Shown here: one piece after another, positions 17,289-26,665 of the stretch
Numbering within the stretch: the first letter of the stretch is position 1
Layout of the letters: each line of letters begins with the position of its first letter
DNA from: an uncultured Ruminococcus sp.
GTDB lineage: Bacteria; Bacillota; Clostridia; Oscillospirales; Acutalibacteraceae
Reading direction: 5' to 3'
Length of the DNA: 64,000 nt
Assembly: GCA_902784855.1 (NCBI GenBank)
Contig: CACZWQ010000002.1
Location: 2,547-66,546, forward strand
The notes under the pieces: generated by a model
What the model saw: the letters and a program-made list of their open reading frames with translations, nothing else
The model's database searches: none
What the model was told of the DNA's origin: nothing
Translations under genes and position numbers: made by a program

Positions 17289-18929
17289 ATGAGTACGAAA
17301 CGGATCAACGGCTTTCAGCTGGAGCAAATGCTCAAAAACGGGCTTGCCAACCTGCAAAGGCAGGAGGAGGAGATCAACCGCCTCAACGTCTTTCCCGTCT
17401 CGGACGGCGACACCGGCACCAACATGCGCCTGACGCTCGACAACGGCATCCGCTTTGCCAAGACCAAGATGAACGCGGGCGATTATCTCAGGCAGCTCAG
17501 CGAGGGTATGCTGCTGGGCGCGCGCGGCAATTCGGGCGTGATCCTGTCGCAGTTCTTCAAGGGCTTTTATGTCGAGCAGTCGCGCTGCGCGCAGCTTGGC
17601 GTGGGCGAGCTGCGCAACGGGCTGATCAGGGGCTACCGCACCGCCTACAGCGCCGTGGTCAAGCCCGCCGAGGGCACCATCCTCACCGTCACCCGCGAGG
17701 GCATCGAGCATATCCGCTCACAGCTGACCCGTAACACCACCGTGGAGCAGCTCTTTTCGATGTATATCGCCGAGATGAAAAAGACCCTCGCCATGACCCC
17801 CGAGATGCTGCCTGTCCTCAAGGAGGCGGGCGTGGTGGACAGCGGCGCGCTGGGCTTCATCGCGATCGCGGAGGGCATGCTGAAATACCTCTTCGGCGAG
17901 ATCATGCTGCCCGAGGAGAAGGATGAGCAGAAGCCGCCCAAGCAGGTCGACCTCGGCTTGTTCAACGAGGACAGCCCCTTTGAGGACGGCTATTGCATGG
18001 AGTTCATCCTCCAGCTGATGAACGCGCCGAAATACAACCGCCACTTCCGCATCAGCGCCTATATCGAGGACTTAAAGCTCTACGGCAACTCGATCGTCGC
18101 GGTTCAGGACGGCAAGCGCGTCAAGGTGCACATCCACACCCTGATCCCCGCGAAGATCATCACGCTGAGTCAGGAGTTCGGCGAATTTCTGACCTTCAAG
18201 CTGGAAAATATGCAGGTGCAGCACAACGAGCACGACAAGGAGCTGAAGGCTACCAAGCGGCACAAGCTGCTGGCAGTCGTGGCGGTGGTCAACGGCGAGG
18301 GCATGAAGAAGCTGTTCCGCGATCTCGGCTGCGACGTCGTGATCGACGGCGGCGCGACGATGAACACCTCCTCTCAGGAGTTCATCGACGCCTTTGCGCA
18401 GCTCGACGCCGACGCCGTCGCGGTGCTGCCCAACAACCCCAACGTCATTCTGGCTGCCGAGCAGGCGGTGAAGCTCTACGGCGCGGACAACATCACGGTG
18501 CTGCCGTCGCGCAGCGTCGCCGAGGGCTACTTTGCCGTCGCGATGGACGTCAAGAACAGCGACGATATCGCCTTCCGCATCCGGGAGATGCGCGACGGCA
18601 TGCAGAATACGCTGTCGCTCTGTGAGACGACCGCCTCGCGCGATTACGCCTATCACGAGATCAGCTGCAAGAAGGGCGAGGAGATCCTGTTGATCGACCA
18701 TCGGCTCGTCTGCGTCAACACCGACCGGAAGCAGGCGATCCTCGACGGTTTAGCCACCGTGGAGGACATGGACGAGCGCGAGGCGTGCGTCGTGTTCCGC
18801 GGAGAGGATGTCGGCGAGGAGGAGGAGGACGAGCTGCGCGAGGCATTGGAGGAGCGGTATCCGATGCTGGAGACGGAGTTCGTCGACGGCGGCCAGCAGA
18901 TCTATCACTGGATTATCGGACTCGCCTGA
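17289..18929 (+). CDS. fakA: DAK2-domain fatty acid kinase catalytic subunit
   Basis: INRLNVFPVSDGDTGTNM, GARGNSGVILSQ, EGTILTV, VVDSGALG, KVHIHT, GG.TMN.S, GGQ.IY. Confidence 0.9.
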   Translation: MSTKRINGFQLEQMLKNGLANLQRQEEEINRLNVFPVSDGDTGTNMRLTLDNGIRFAKTKMNAGDYLRQLSEGMLLGARGNSGVILSQFFKGFYVEQSRCAQLGVGELRNGLIRGYRTAYSAVVKPAEGTILTVTREGIEHIRSQLTRNTTVEQLFSMYIAEMKKTLAMTPEMLPVLKEAGVVDSGALGFIAIAEGMLKYLFGEIMLPEEKDEQKPPKQVDLGLFNEDSPFEDGYCMEFILQLMNAPKYNRHFRISAYIEDLKLYGNSIVAVQDGKRVKVHIHTLIPAKIITLSQEFGEFLTFKLENMQVQHNEHDKELKATKRHKLLAVVAVVNGEGMKKLFRDLGCDVVIDGGATMNTSSQEFIDAFAQLDADAVAVLPNNPNVILAAEQAVKLYGADNITVLPSRSVAEGYFAVAMDVKNSDDIAFRIREMRDGMQNTLSLCETTASRDYAYHEISCKKGEEILLIDHRLVCVNTDRKQAILDGLATVEDMDEREACVVFRGEDVGEEEEDELREALEERYPMLETEFVDGGQQIYHWIIGLA

Positions 18930-18970
18930 CCCCGTCGCCCGGAAAACAAGCAACGCAAAACGGAGACCTT

Positions 18971-19948
18971 ATGAATATTTGGATTTGGATTTTGATTTGG
19001 ACGGCGTTTTTCTTTCTCGTATTGGCGCCGCTGGTGATCATTCCCACGGGGATGTATGTCATCCTGCTCGTGCGCACCCGCAAAAGCAAGTGGACGCGCA
19101 AGTGCAGCCTGCCCCGCGACAAAGAGATCACCGAGATGTTTCACACCGGCATGGACTGGGCAAAGCGGTATGAGGCGCACAAGCGCGAGGTCGACGTGTA
19201 CAGCGGCAAATATCACCTCTTCGGCGAGTACTTCGACTTCGGATGCGACAGGGCGGCGATCATCATCGCCGGGCGCACCGAAACGCTGCTCTATTCCTAC
19301 TACTTCGCCGAGCCCTACCGCGAAGCGGGCTATAACGTGCTCGTGATCGACAACCGCTCCCACGGCAAGTCGGACGGCAGGTTCAATTCGCTGGGCTATC
19401 ATGAGCACCGCGATATCCTGCGCTGGGCGCAGTTTCTGCACGACGACTGCGGCAACCGCCTCGTGTTTCTGCACGGCATCTGCATCGGCGCCTCCAATGC
19501 GCTCTTTGCGCTCACCGCCGAGGACTGCCCCGGCTATATGCAGGGCATGGTCGCGGAGGGGATGTTTACCACCTTTTACGAGAGCCTGCGTCTCCACATC
19601 AAGGAGCTCAGGCAGCCCACCCAGCCGTCGCTCTTTGCGGTGCGCTCCTACCTGCGCCTGTTCACGGGCTACGACATCAAAAACGACGGTCCGATCTTCC
19701 GCATCGACAGGCTGCGCAAGCCCATCCTGATGCTGCAAAGCAAGGAGGACAAATACTCCCTGCCGCACCGCGCCAAGGATCTCTACGCCAAGTGTCCTTC
19801 TCCCAAGCGGCTGGTGTATTTCGAGAAGGGCGCGCACTCCCACATCAAGATCAACGCTCCCGCAAAATATGACAAAGTTATTGTTGATTTTTTGCGCGAG
19901 ATATGCGATAATAAGACTGTACCCGACAGCATCGTCGGCGATACATAA
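18971..19948 (+). CDS. Membrane-anchored alpha/beta hydrolase 2 with Cys at the nucleophile position
   Basis: N-terminal TM; D.RSHGKSDG; HGICIGA elbow (G-x-C-x-G); SKED Asp; GAHSH His. Confidence 0.85.
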   Translation: MNIWIWILIWTAFFFLVLAPLVIIPTGMYVILLVRTRKSKWTRKCSLPRDKEITEMFHTGMDWAKRYEAHKREVDVYSGKYHLFGEYFDFGCDRAAIIIAGRTETLLYSYYFAEPYREAGYNVLVIDNRSHGKSDGRFNSLGYHEHRDILRWAQFLHDDCGNRLVFLHGICIGASNALFALTAEDCPGYMQGMVAEGMFTTFYESLRLHIKELRQPTQPSLFAVRSYLRLFTGYDIKNDGPIFRIDRLRKPILMLQSKEDKYSLPHRAKDLYAKCPSPKRLVYFEKGAHSHIKINAPAKYDKVIVDFLREICDNKTVPDSIVGDT

Positions 19949-19998
19949 CGCCCACCGGACAGCAGCAGCCGGCTCCCTATGACGGCGGCTATGCATCC

Positions 19999-20304
19999 GT
20001 GCAGAACGCGCCCGTTCCGGGCAGCAACCACACGCAGGTGCTGATCTTCGGCATCATCGCGCTGGCGCTGAGCACCTCCGGTCTGGTCGGTCTGATCTTT
20101 TCCATCATCGCGATGAAGAAGGCAAAGACTTATTTCGAGACCTTCGGCGATGTCTCCAATCAGGCGCGCATCGGCAAAAGACTCGCCCTTGCGGGACTGA
20201 TCGTCAGCATCATCTTTACGGTGATCTGGACGTTCTATCTCATCGGTATGGTGATCCTAATCGGCAACAACACACACACCAGCTATCACTATTCATATTA
20301 TTGA
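19999..20304 (+). CDS. Small two-TM membrane protein (DUF4190-like)
   Basis: Two hydrophobic helices separated by AMKKAK...ARIGKRLA; start uncertain (frame open from 19915, no clear RBS). Confidence 0.6.
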   Translation: MQNAPVPGSNHTQVLIFGIIALALSTSGLVGLIFSIIAMKKAKTYFETFGDVSNQARIGKRLALAGLIVSIIFTVIWTFYLIGMVILIGNNTHTSYHYSYY

Positions 20305-20318
20305 TCGACCGCGTTTCG

Positions 20319-20347
20319 GGGATCGGCTCTTGAGAGCCGGTCCCTTT
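20319..20347 (+). terminator. Intrinsic terminator
   Basis: GGGATCGGCTCT-tg-AGAGCCGGTCCC followed by TTT. Confidence 0.65.
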
Positions 20348-20391
20348 GGAATATTACCCGTAAAACAGGGCATAACAGAAAGGAAAGCAGG

Positions 20392-21396
20392 ATGAAACAG
20401 CAGCTTTCAAAATCCAAGAAGAGAATCAGGAGGGTGAGCGCTATTCTCATCGCGACTGTCCTTTCCTATGTGATCCTGTCCATGGCGGGGTCTGCGGTGG
20501 CATTTCAGCTGATCTTTCCGCGCACCGCGACCGTCCGTGCTTTTGAGCTGACCTATGACGATGTCGACAGCAGCCGCTACCCGCGCGAGGAGATCGCATT
20601 TCCTTCGGGCGAGAACCTGCTGCGCGGCGTGCTCTATCTGCCGCGGGGAAAGCCCGAGGGCTTGGTGCTGGTGCTCGGCGGGATGAATTCCTGCCTTGAC
20701 CGCCACCTGCCCGAGATCTGTTATTTTGTCGACTGCGGCTTTGCGGCGGTCGCCTTTGACAACACGGGCGTCGGGCGCAGCGACGGGGCGAATACGGTCG
20801 GGATCGCGCAGGCGCGGCTCGACGCGGCGGCAGCCATCGAGTATATCGAGCGGCAGCAGCGATTGCGCAGCCTGCCGCTGATGCTCTACGGGCACTCGCT
20901 GGGCGGCTACGCGGCGGCGACGGTGCTGGAGGACGAGAAGGATATCTGCGCGGCGGTCTGTGTGGCGGGGTTTGACTCGCCGAACGGCAACATGCACTAC
21001 AACGCGAAAAAATATGTCGGCGTGCTCGCCGATGTGCAGTACCCCTTCATGGCGCTGCAAAACCGCTTCCTCTTCGGCGACAAGTCGGATACCTCCGCCG
21101 TCAGCGCCATCAACGCGAGCGACAAGCCCGTGATGATCGTCGGCAGTGACAGCGACGAGATCGTCCCCGCGCAGATCAGCATCCTCAACCGGGCGGGGGA
21201 GATCACAAACCCGCACGCGGTCTGTGTGGAGATCAAGGAACAATACCGCGGTGCGCACAGCGCGGCATGGCTGAGCGCCGACGCGGCGAAATACCTTGCC
21301 GAGACGGAAAACCCGACGGACAAGCGCCGCGCGAACGCGCTGGACGAGGGCTTCATGCAGCGCGTCGTAGCGTTTTACCGATCGGCGGTCAACTAA
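20392..21396 (+). CDS. Membrane-anchored alpha/beta hydrolase 3
   Basis: N-terminal TM; FDNTGVGRSDG; GHSLGG elbow; DSDEIV; GAHS. Confidence 0.87.
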   Translation: MKQQLSKSKKRIRRVSAILIATVLSYVILSMAGSAVAFQLIFPRTATVRAFELTYDDVDSSRYPREEIAFPSGENLLRGVLYLPRGKPEGLVLVLGGMNSCLDRHLPEICYFVDCGFAAVAFDNTGVGRSDGANTVGIAQARLDAAAAIEYIERQQRLRSLPLMLYGHSLGGYAAATVLEDEKDICAAVCVAGFDSPNGNMHYNAKKYVGVLADVQYPFMALQNRFLFGDKSDTSAVSAINASDKPVMIVGSDSDEIVPAQISILNRAGEITNPHAVCVEIKEQYRGAHSAAWLSADAAKYLAETENPTDKRRANALDEGFMQRVVAFYRSAVN

Positions 21397-21402
21397 ATTA
21401 TG

Positions 21403-21445
21403 AAACACCGAGGGCGTGCGAGATGATCGCACGCCCTCGGTGTTT
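21403..21445. terminator. Bidirectional terminator
   Basis: Perfect 18-bp inverted repeat AAACACCGAGGGCGTGCG / CGCACGCCCTCGGTGTTT between convergent genes. Confidence 0.8.
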
Positions 21446-22170
21446 TAGGAACGGACAATACATTGACCCAACAGCTCTCCGACCTTGTCGTGATAGATCA
21501 GATCCGCCTGACGGTCAAACGGCGTCTTGTCGCGGTTGATCAGGACGACCGTGTCGCCGCGGAAATAGCGGATAAAGCCCGCCGCGGGGTAGACCGTGAG
21601 GCTGGTGCCCGCGATGATCAGCGTGTCCGCCTGCATGATGGCGTTCAGCGCGCCGTTGACGGTGCTGTCGTCAAGCCCCTCCTCATAGAGCACGACGTCG
21701 GGCTTGATGACGCCGCCGCAGTCGCAGGTCGGCACCCCGCGGCTGTTCTTGATGAATTCCGCCGAATAGAATTTGCGGCATCTGCGGCAGTGGTTGCGCA
21801 GAACGCTGCCGTGCAGCTCATAGACGCGCCTGCTGCCCGCCGCCTGATGAAGTCCGTCGATGTTCTGGGTGACGACCGCCAGCAGCTTGCCCGCGCGCTC
21901 CAGCTCGGCGAGCTTGAAATGCGCCTTGTTGGGCTTTTTGTCGAGACAGAGCATTTTGTCGCGGTAGAAGCGGTAGAACTCGTCGGTGTGCCGCTCGAAA
22001 AAGGTGTGGCTGAGGATCTCCTCGGGCGGATAGTCGTACTTTTGGTTGTACAGGCCGTCCACGCTGCGAAAATCGGGGATCCCGCTTTCGGTGCTGACGC
22101 CCGCTCCGCCGAAAAAGACGATCCGTCTGCTTTTGTCGATGACCTCCTGCAATTGTTCGATGGTGTTCAT
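21445..22170 (-). CDS. cobB: NAD-dependent protein deacylase (sirtuin)
   Basis: GGAGVSTESGIPDFRS, TQNIDGLHQ, ELHG, CRRC/CDC zinc site, KPDVVLY, GTSL.VYPAAG; start ATG 22170 with GGAGG. Confidence 0.93.
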   Translation of the reverse strand: MNTIEQLQEVIDKSRRIVFFGGAGVSTESGIPDFRSVDGLYNQKYDYPPEEILSHTFFERHTDEFYRFYRDKMLCLDKKPNKAHFKLAELERAGKLLAVVTQNIDGLHQAAGSRRVYELHGSVLRNHCRRCRKFYSAEFIKNSRGVPTCDCGGVIKPDVVLYEEGLDDSTVNGALNAIMQADTLIIAGTSLTVYPAAGFIRYFRGDTVVLINRDKTPFDRQADLIYHDKVGELLGQCIVRS

Positions 22171-22308
22171 AGGCAAAACCTCCGTAAAAAACTCAATTAT
22201 ATTATAGCCCCTGCGCAACATGAAATCAATCATATTTTGCACAAAAGCGGGATTTGCGCTCGTTAAAAAAATAACATAAAATATCCTGCGCGACTCCTGC
22301 TAAAACAC

Positions 22309-22337
22309 TTGAAAAATTGAGCAAGTTGTGGTAGAAT
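22309..22337 (+). promoter_or_regulatory. sigma-A promoter of malQ-glgP
   Basis: TTGAAA-N17-TAGAAT with TG before the -10. Confidence 0.6.
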
Positions 22338-22424
22338 TATCTTGATACTATGGGATTTTGGGGTATTTTGACACAAAATCTGTAGAACAATTCACTATTT
22401 CCATCAGAATGGAGTTGATTTTCA

Positions 22425-23924
22425 ATGGCAAGAAGCGCAGGAATTCTCCTTTCGATCACTTCGCTTCCGTCCCCCTACGGCATCGGTACCATCGGTAAGG
22501 AAGCCCGTGCATTCGCGGACTTCTTAAAGAAGGCGGGACAGAAGGTTTGGCAGATCCTTCCTGTCGGTCCGACCAGCTACGGCGACTCGCCGTATCAGTC
22601 ATTCTCAACCTATGCGGGCAATCCCTACCTCATCGACCTCGACACCTTGGCGGAAGAGGGTCTGGTGACCAAGGAACAGCTTGACAGCTTTGACTGGGGC
22701 GCCAGTGACAAAGAGGTTGACTATGAAAAAATCTATAACAGCAGATTCAAAGTGCTGCGTATCGCTTTTGAGACCTTCAAGAGCAGAGACACCAAGGACA
22801 GGGAGCACAGGAAATACCGCGCCTTCGTCCGCAAGAACAACAAGTGGCTCAAGAATTACGCCCTTTACATGGCTGTCAAGAACAGCTTTGACATGGTGTC
22901 GTGGACCGAGTGGCCCGAGGATATCAAAATGCGCGAGGAGGTGGCTGTCCGCCGCTATGAGCGCAGCCTGAGAAACGATGTGAACTTCTGGAAGTATGTC
23001 CAGTTCAAGTTCTATGAGCAGTGGGAGGCATTCCGCGCCTATGTCAACAGCCTCGGCATCAAGATTTTGGGCGACATGCCCATCTATGTCGCGATGGACA
23101 GCGCCGATACCTGGGCGAATCCCGAGCTGTTCCAGCTCTATGACGACGGCGACCCCATCGCCGTGGCAGGCTGCCCGCCCGATTATTTCTCACAGACAGG
23201 TCAGCTCTGGGGCAACCCGCTCTATGACTGGGACTACCTCAAGGAGACCGGCTATGAGTGGTGGTTCGAGCGCATCGCCGCCGCCAGCAAGCTCTACGAC
23301 ATCACCCGCATCGACCACTTCCGCGCGTTCGCCAGCTACTATTCCATCCCCTATCCCGCCGAGAACGCCATCAACGGCAAGTGGATCGAGGGCCCGCGCA
23401 TCGAGTTCTTCCGCATGATGGAGAAGGCGCTGGGCAAGATCGAGATCGTCGCCGAGGACCTCGGCACCCTGACGCCCGACGTCACCGAGCTGATGGAGCA
23501 GACGGGCTATCCGGGCATGAAGGTGCTGGAGTTCGCCTTCGACAGCGGCGAGGAAAACGACTATCTGCCGCATAACTACACCAACAACTGCGTCGTTTAC
23601 ACCGGCACGCACGACAACGACACCATCATGGGCTGGCTGGAGACCGCCAAGCCCGAGGATGTGAAATACGCCAGAGAATACTGCAAGATGGCGCCCGACG
23701 AGCCGTTCAACTGGGGTCTGATCCGCACCGCCTACCAAAGCAAGGCGGATATGGCGATCATTCCCATGCAGGATCTGCTGGGCCTTGGCAAAGAGGCGAG
23801 AATGAATACACCCTCAACACTGGGCGGCAACTGGACCTGGAGAGCAGACGACACCATGTTCAGCGACGACCTTGCCGATACATTAAAAACAATGTCTGCC
23901 AACAGCGGACGATTGGAGGATTAA
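22425..23924 (+). CDS. malQ: 4-alpha-glucanotransferase (amylomaltase, GH77)
   Basis: SPYQSFST, GDMPIYV, AGCPPDYFS.TGQLWGNPLY, RIDHFR, AEDLG, YTGTHDNDT, RMNTP.T..GNW.WR. Confidence 0.95.
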   Translation: MARSAGILLSITSLPSPYGIGTIGKEARAFADFLKKAGQKVWQILPVGPTSYGDSPYQSFSTYAGNPYLIDLDTLAEEGLVTKEQLDSFDWGASDKEVDYEKIYNSRFKVLRIAFETFKSRDTKDREHRKYRAFVRKNNKWLKNYALYMAVKNSFDMVSWTEWPEDIKMREEVAVRRYERSLRNDVNFWKYVQFKFYEQWEAFRAYVNSLGIKILGDMPIYVAMDSADTWANPELFQLYDDGDPIAVAGCPPDYFSQTGQLWGNPLYDWDYLKETGYEWWFERIAAASKLYDITRIDHFRAFASYYSIPYPAENAINGKWIEGPRIEFFRMMEKALGKIEIVAEDLGTLTPDVTELMEQTGYPGMKVLEFAFDSGEENDYLPHNYTNNCVVYTGTHDNDTIMGWLETAKPEDVKYAREYCKMAPDEPFNWGLIRTAYQSKADMAIIPMQDLLGLGKEARMNTPSTLGGNWTWRADDTMFSDDLADTLKTMSANSGRLED

Positions 23925-23930
23925 TTGATT

Positions 23931-26306
23931 ATGATTGGAACTGCTAACGCTATTATGAAAAAGCTTGAGCTCATCGCTCAGTCCACCTACTGCAAAACCG
24001 TTGAGGAGCTGACTCCTTCCGAGCTGCACCTCGCTCTCGGCAAGGCTGTGATGGGCGAAATCGCCCCCAACTGGGCAAAGAGCAAGGCGAACCATGACGC
24101 ACAGAGAAGAGCCTACTATTTCTCGGCGGAATTCCTCATGGGCAGAATGATGTACAACAACCTCTATTGCCTCGGCGTGCTCGACAGCGTCAAGAAGCTG
24201 CTCGCCAAGAAGGATGTCGACATCAACGTGTTCGAGGATATCGACGACGCGGCGCTCGGCAACGGCGGTCTCGGCAGACTGGCTGCCTGCTACCTCGATT
24301 CCGCGGCGACTCAGGAGGTCCCGCTGGACGGCTACGGCATCCGCTATAAGTACGGTCTGTTCAAGCAGCTGATCAAGGACGGCTATCAGGTAGAGGAAGC
24401 CGACAACTGGCAGCGCTTCGACGATCCGTGGTGCATCCGCAGGGAGGACGAGGCGGTTTATGTCTCCTTCAAGGATCAGACCGTCAAGGCAGTGCCCTAT
24501 GACATGGCTGTCATCGGCTGCAAGACCGAGAACATCAACACCCTCAGACTGTGGCAGGCAGAGGCTTGCAACGAGTTTGATTTCACCGCCTTCAACAACT
24601 TCAAATACGATGAGGCTGTCAAGGAGAAGAACGACGCCGAGAACATCTCGAAGGTCCTCTATCCCAACGACAACGAGGACGCCGGCAAGGTGCTCCGCCT
24701 CAAGCAGCAGTATTTCTTCTGCTCCGCGTCCCTGCAGGACATCATGCGCCGCTATAAGGCAAAGCACAACAACAATTTCAGCTTCTTCGCGCAGGAGAAC
24801 GCCATCCAGCTCAACGATACCCATCCCGTATCCTGCGTTCCCGAGCTGGTTCGCCTGCTGATGAACGAGGGCATGAGCTTTGACGAGGCGTTTGACATCG
24901 CCCGCAAGACCTGCTCCTACACCAACCACACCGTCCTCAGCGAAGCGCTTGAAAAATGGCAGGCTTCCCTGATGAATCAGGTCATCCCCGAGATCTACAA
25001 CATCATCTGCCTGATCGCCAACAAGTGCCAGGAAGAGCTGCTCGCAAAGGGCGTCTCCAACGACATGCGCAGAAACATGCGCATCATCGACGGCAACACC
25101 GTCCATATGGCGCGTCTTGCCACCTATGCCGGCACCTATGTCAACGGCGTGGCGCAGCTGCACACCGAGATCCTCAAGGACGATCTGCTCAAGGAGTGGT
25201 ATCAGATCTATCCCGAGCGCTTCCTCAACAAGACCAACGGCATCACCCAGCGCCGCTGGCTGGGACTTTGCAACCCCGAGCTGAGCAAGCTGATCACCAA
25301 GAAGGTCGGTTCCGACGACTGGCTGATCGACCTGAGCAAGCTGGGCGTGCTCAACGACTGCTGCGACGACGCGACCATCGACGCCTTCAACCAGATCAAG
25401 GCGGAGAAGAAGAGACAGCTCGCCGCTTACATCAAGAAGATGGACGGCTTTGACGTCAATCCCGACACCATCTTTGACGTACAGGTCAAGCGCCTGCACG
25501 AGTACAAGAGACAGCTGCTCAACGCGTTCTCCATCGTGGCGATCTACTTCCGTCTCAAGGCGGGCGATCTTCCCACCTGGACGCCCACGACCTTCATCTT
25601 CGGCGCCAAGGCGGCTCCCGGCTATGCCAGAGCGAAGGCGATCATCAAGTACATCACCGAGATCGCGAACCTCGTCAACAACGATCCCGACACCAAGGAC
25701 AAGCTCAGCGTTTACTTCATCTCCAACTACAATGTCTCCTATGCGGAGAAGATCGTCGTCGCGGCGGATATTTCCGAGCAGACCTCTACCGCAGGTCTGG
25801 AGGCTTCCGGTACCGGCAACATGAAGTTCATGCTCAACGGTGCGGTCACCCTCGGCACCTGGGACGGCGCGAACATCGAGATCGCCGAGTGCGCAGGCGT
25901 TGAGAACGAGTACATCTTCGGCGCGCGCGTCGAGGAGATCACCGCGCTCAAGAAGGGCGGCTACAATCCCAAGGCGATCATCGAGAACAACGAAGAGCTG
26001 CGCAAGGTCGTCGGTACGCTGATCGACGGCACCTTCGACGACGGCGGCGCCAAGGGTCCCGGCAGCTTCGGCGAGCTGTATGATGCACTGACCAAGGGCA
26101 CACACTGGCACGATCCCGACCATTACTTCCTCATGCGCGACCTTCCCGAGTACATCGAGACCAAGATCCGCGCGAACGCCGACTATGCAAACCGCAGAGA
26201 GTTCGGCAGAAAGTGCCTCAAGAACGTCGCGAACGCGGGCAAGTTCTCCTCCGACAGAGCGATCCTCGAATACGCCGACGAGATCTGGCACGTTTCCCAT
26301 AAATAA
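23931..26306 (+). CDS. glgP: Glycogen/maltodextrin phosphorylase (GT35)
   Basis: LGNGGLGRLAAC, QLNDTHP, YTNHTVL.EALE, NGVAQLH, VKRLHEYKRQLLN, EASGTGNMKFMLNGA (PLP lysine). Confidence 0.95.
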   Translation: MIGTANAIMKKLELIAQSTYCKTVEELTPSELHLALGKAVMGEIAPNWAKSKANHDAQRRAYYFSAEFLMGRMMYNNLYCLGVLDSVKKLLAKKDVDINVFEDIDDAALGNGGLGRLAACYLDSAATQEVPLDGYGIRYKYGLFKQLIKDGYQVEEADNWQRFDDPWCIRREDEAVYVSFKDQTVKAVPYDMAVIGCKTENINTLRLWQAEACNEFDFTAFNNFKYDEAVKEKNDAENISKVLYPNDNEDAGKVLRLKQQYFFCSASLQDIMRRYKAKHNNNFSFFAQENAIQLNDTHPVSCVPELVRLLMNEGMSFDEAFDIARKTCSYTNHTVLSEALEKWQASLMNQVIPEIYNIICLIANKCQEELLAKGVSNDMRRNMRIIDGNTVHMARLATYAGTYVNGVAQLHTEILKDDLLKEWYQIYPERFLNKTNGITQRRWLGLCNPELSKLITKKVGSDDWLIDLSKLGVLNDCCDDATIDAFNQIKAEKKRQLAAYIKKMDGFDVNPDTIFDVQVKRLHEYKRQLLNAFSIVAIYFRLKAGDLPTWTPTTFIFGAKAAPGYARAKAIIKYITEIANLVNNDPDTKDKLSVYFISNYNVSYAEKIVVAADISEQTSTAGLEASGTGNMKFMLNGAVTLGTWDGANIEIAECAGVENEYIFGARVEEITALKKGGYNPKAIIENNEELRKVVGTLIDGTFDDGGAKGPGSFGELYDALTKGTHWHDPDHYFLMRDLPEYIETKIRANADYANRREFGRKCLKNVANAGKFSSDRAILEYADEIWHVSHK

Positions 26307-26382
26307 GCGCTCAGGCGCCCGGCGGACAGTGAGGGTGAAAGCCTGCGTCTGCCGTGAAAATTGAATCGAACAAACAACCAAA

Positions 26383-26410
26383 GGGCTGCCGTAATCATAT
26401 ACGGCAGCCC
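26383..26410 (+). terminator. Terminator after glgP
   Basis: GGGCTGCCGTA-N6-TACGGCAGCCC 11-bp hairpin followed by ATCTTT. Confidence 0.7.
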
Positions 26411-26442
26411 ATCTTTCAGTGCAAATTTGTATATAATAGATA

Positions 26443-26471
26443 TTGATATTGTGCCCATAAGTTGGTATAAT
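26443..26471 (+). promoter_or_regulatory. Extended -10 sigma-A promoter of the amylase gene
   Basis: TTGATA-N17-TATAAT with TGn immediately upstream of the -10. Confidence 0.7.
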
Positions 26472-26665
26472 GAATGTAATAAGATTGTTCCGAAATGATC
26501 ATTCTTTTTGGATAATCTATTTATCAACCGGATGCTCACTCCGGGGTGCGCACCGACAGAGAGAAGAACGTGAAAAACAAAACGCGCCGGCAGCTTGCAG
26601 TCCGAAACGGCTTTCGCCCGGCGCAGAAAGCGTCCGAGGACGCACAAGGAAAGGAAGTTTTGAAC

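Noticed and set aside
26310-26360. Stem CGGCGGAC...GTCTGCCG in the glgP 3' region as a possible ncRNA
   Set aside because: A single hairpin with no promoter or family signature; most simply a 3'-UTR structure.
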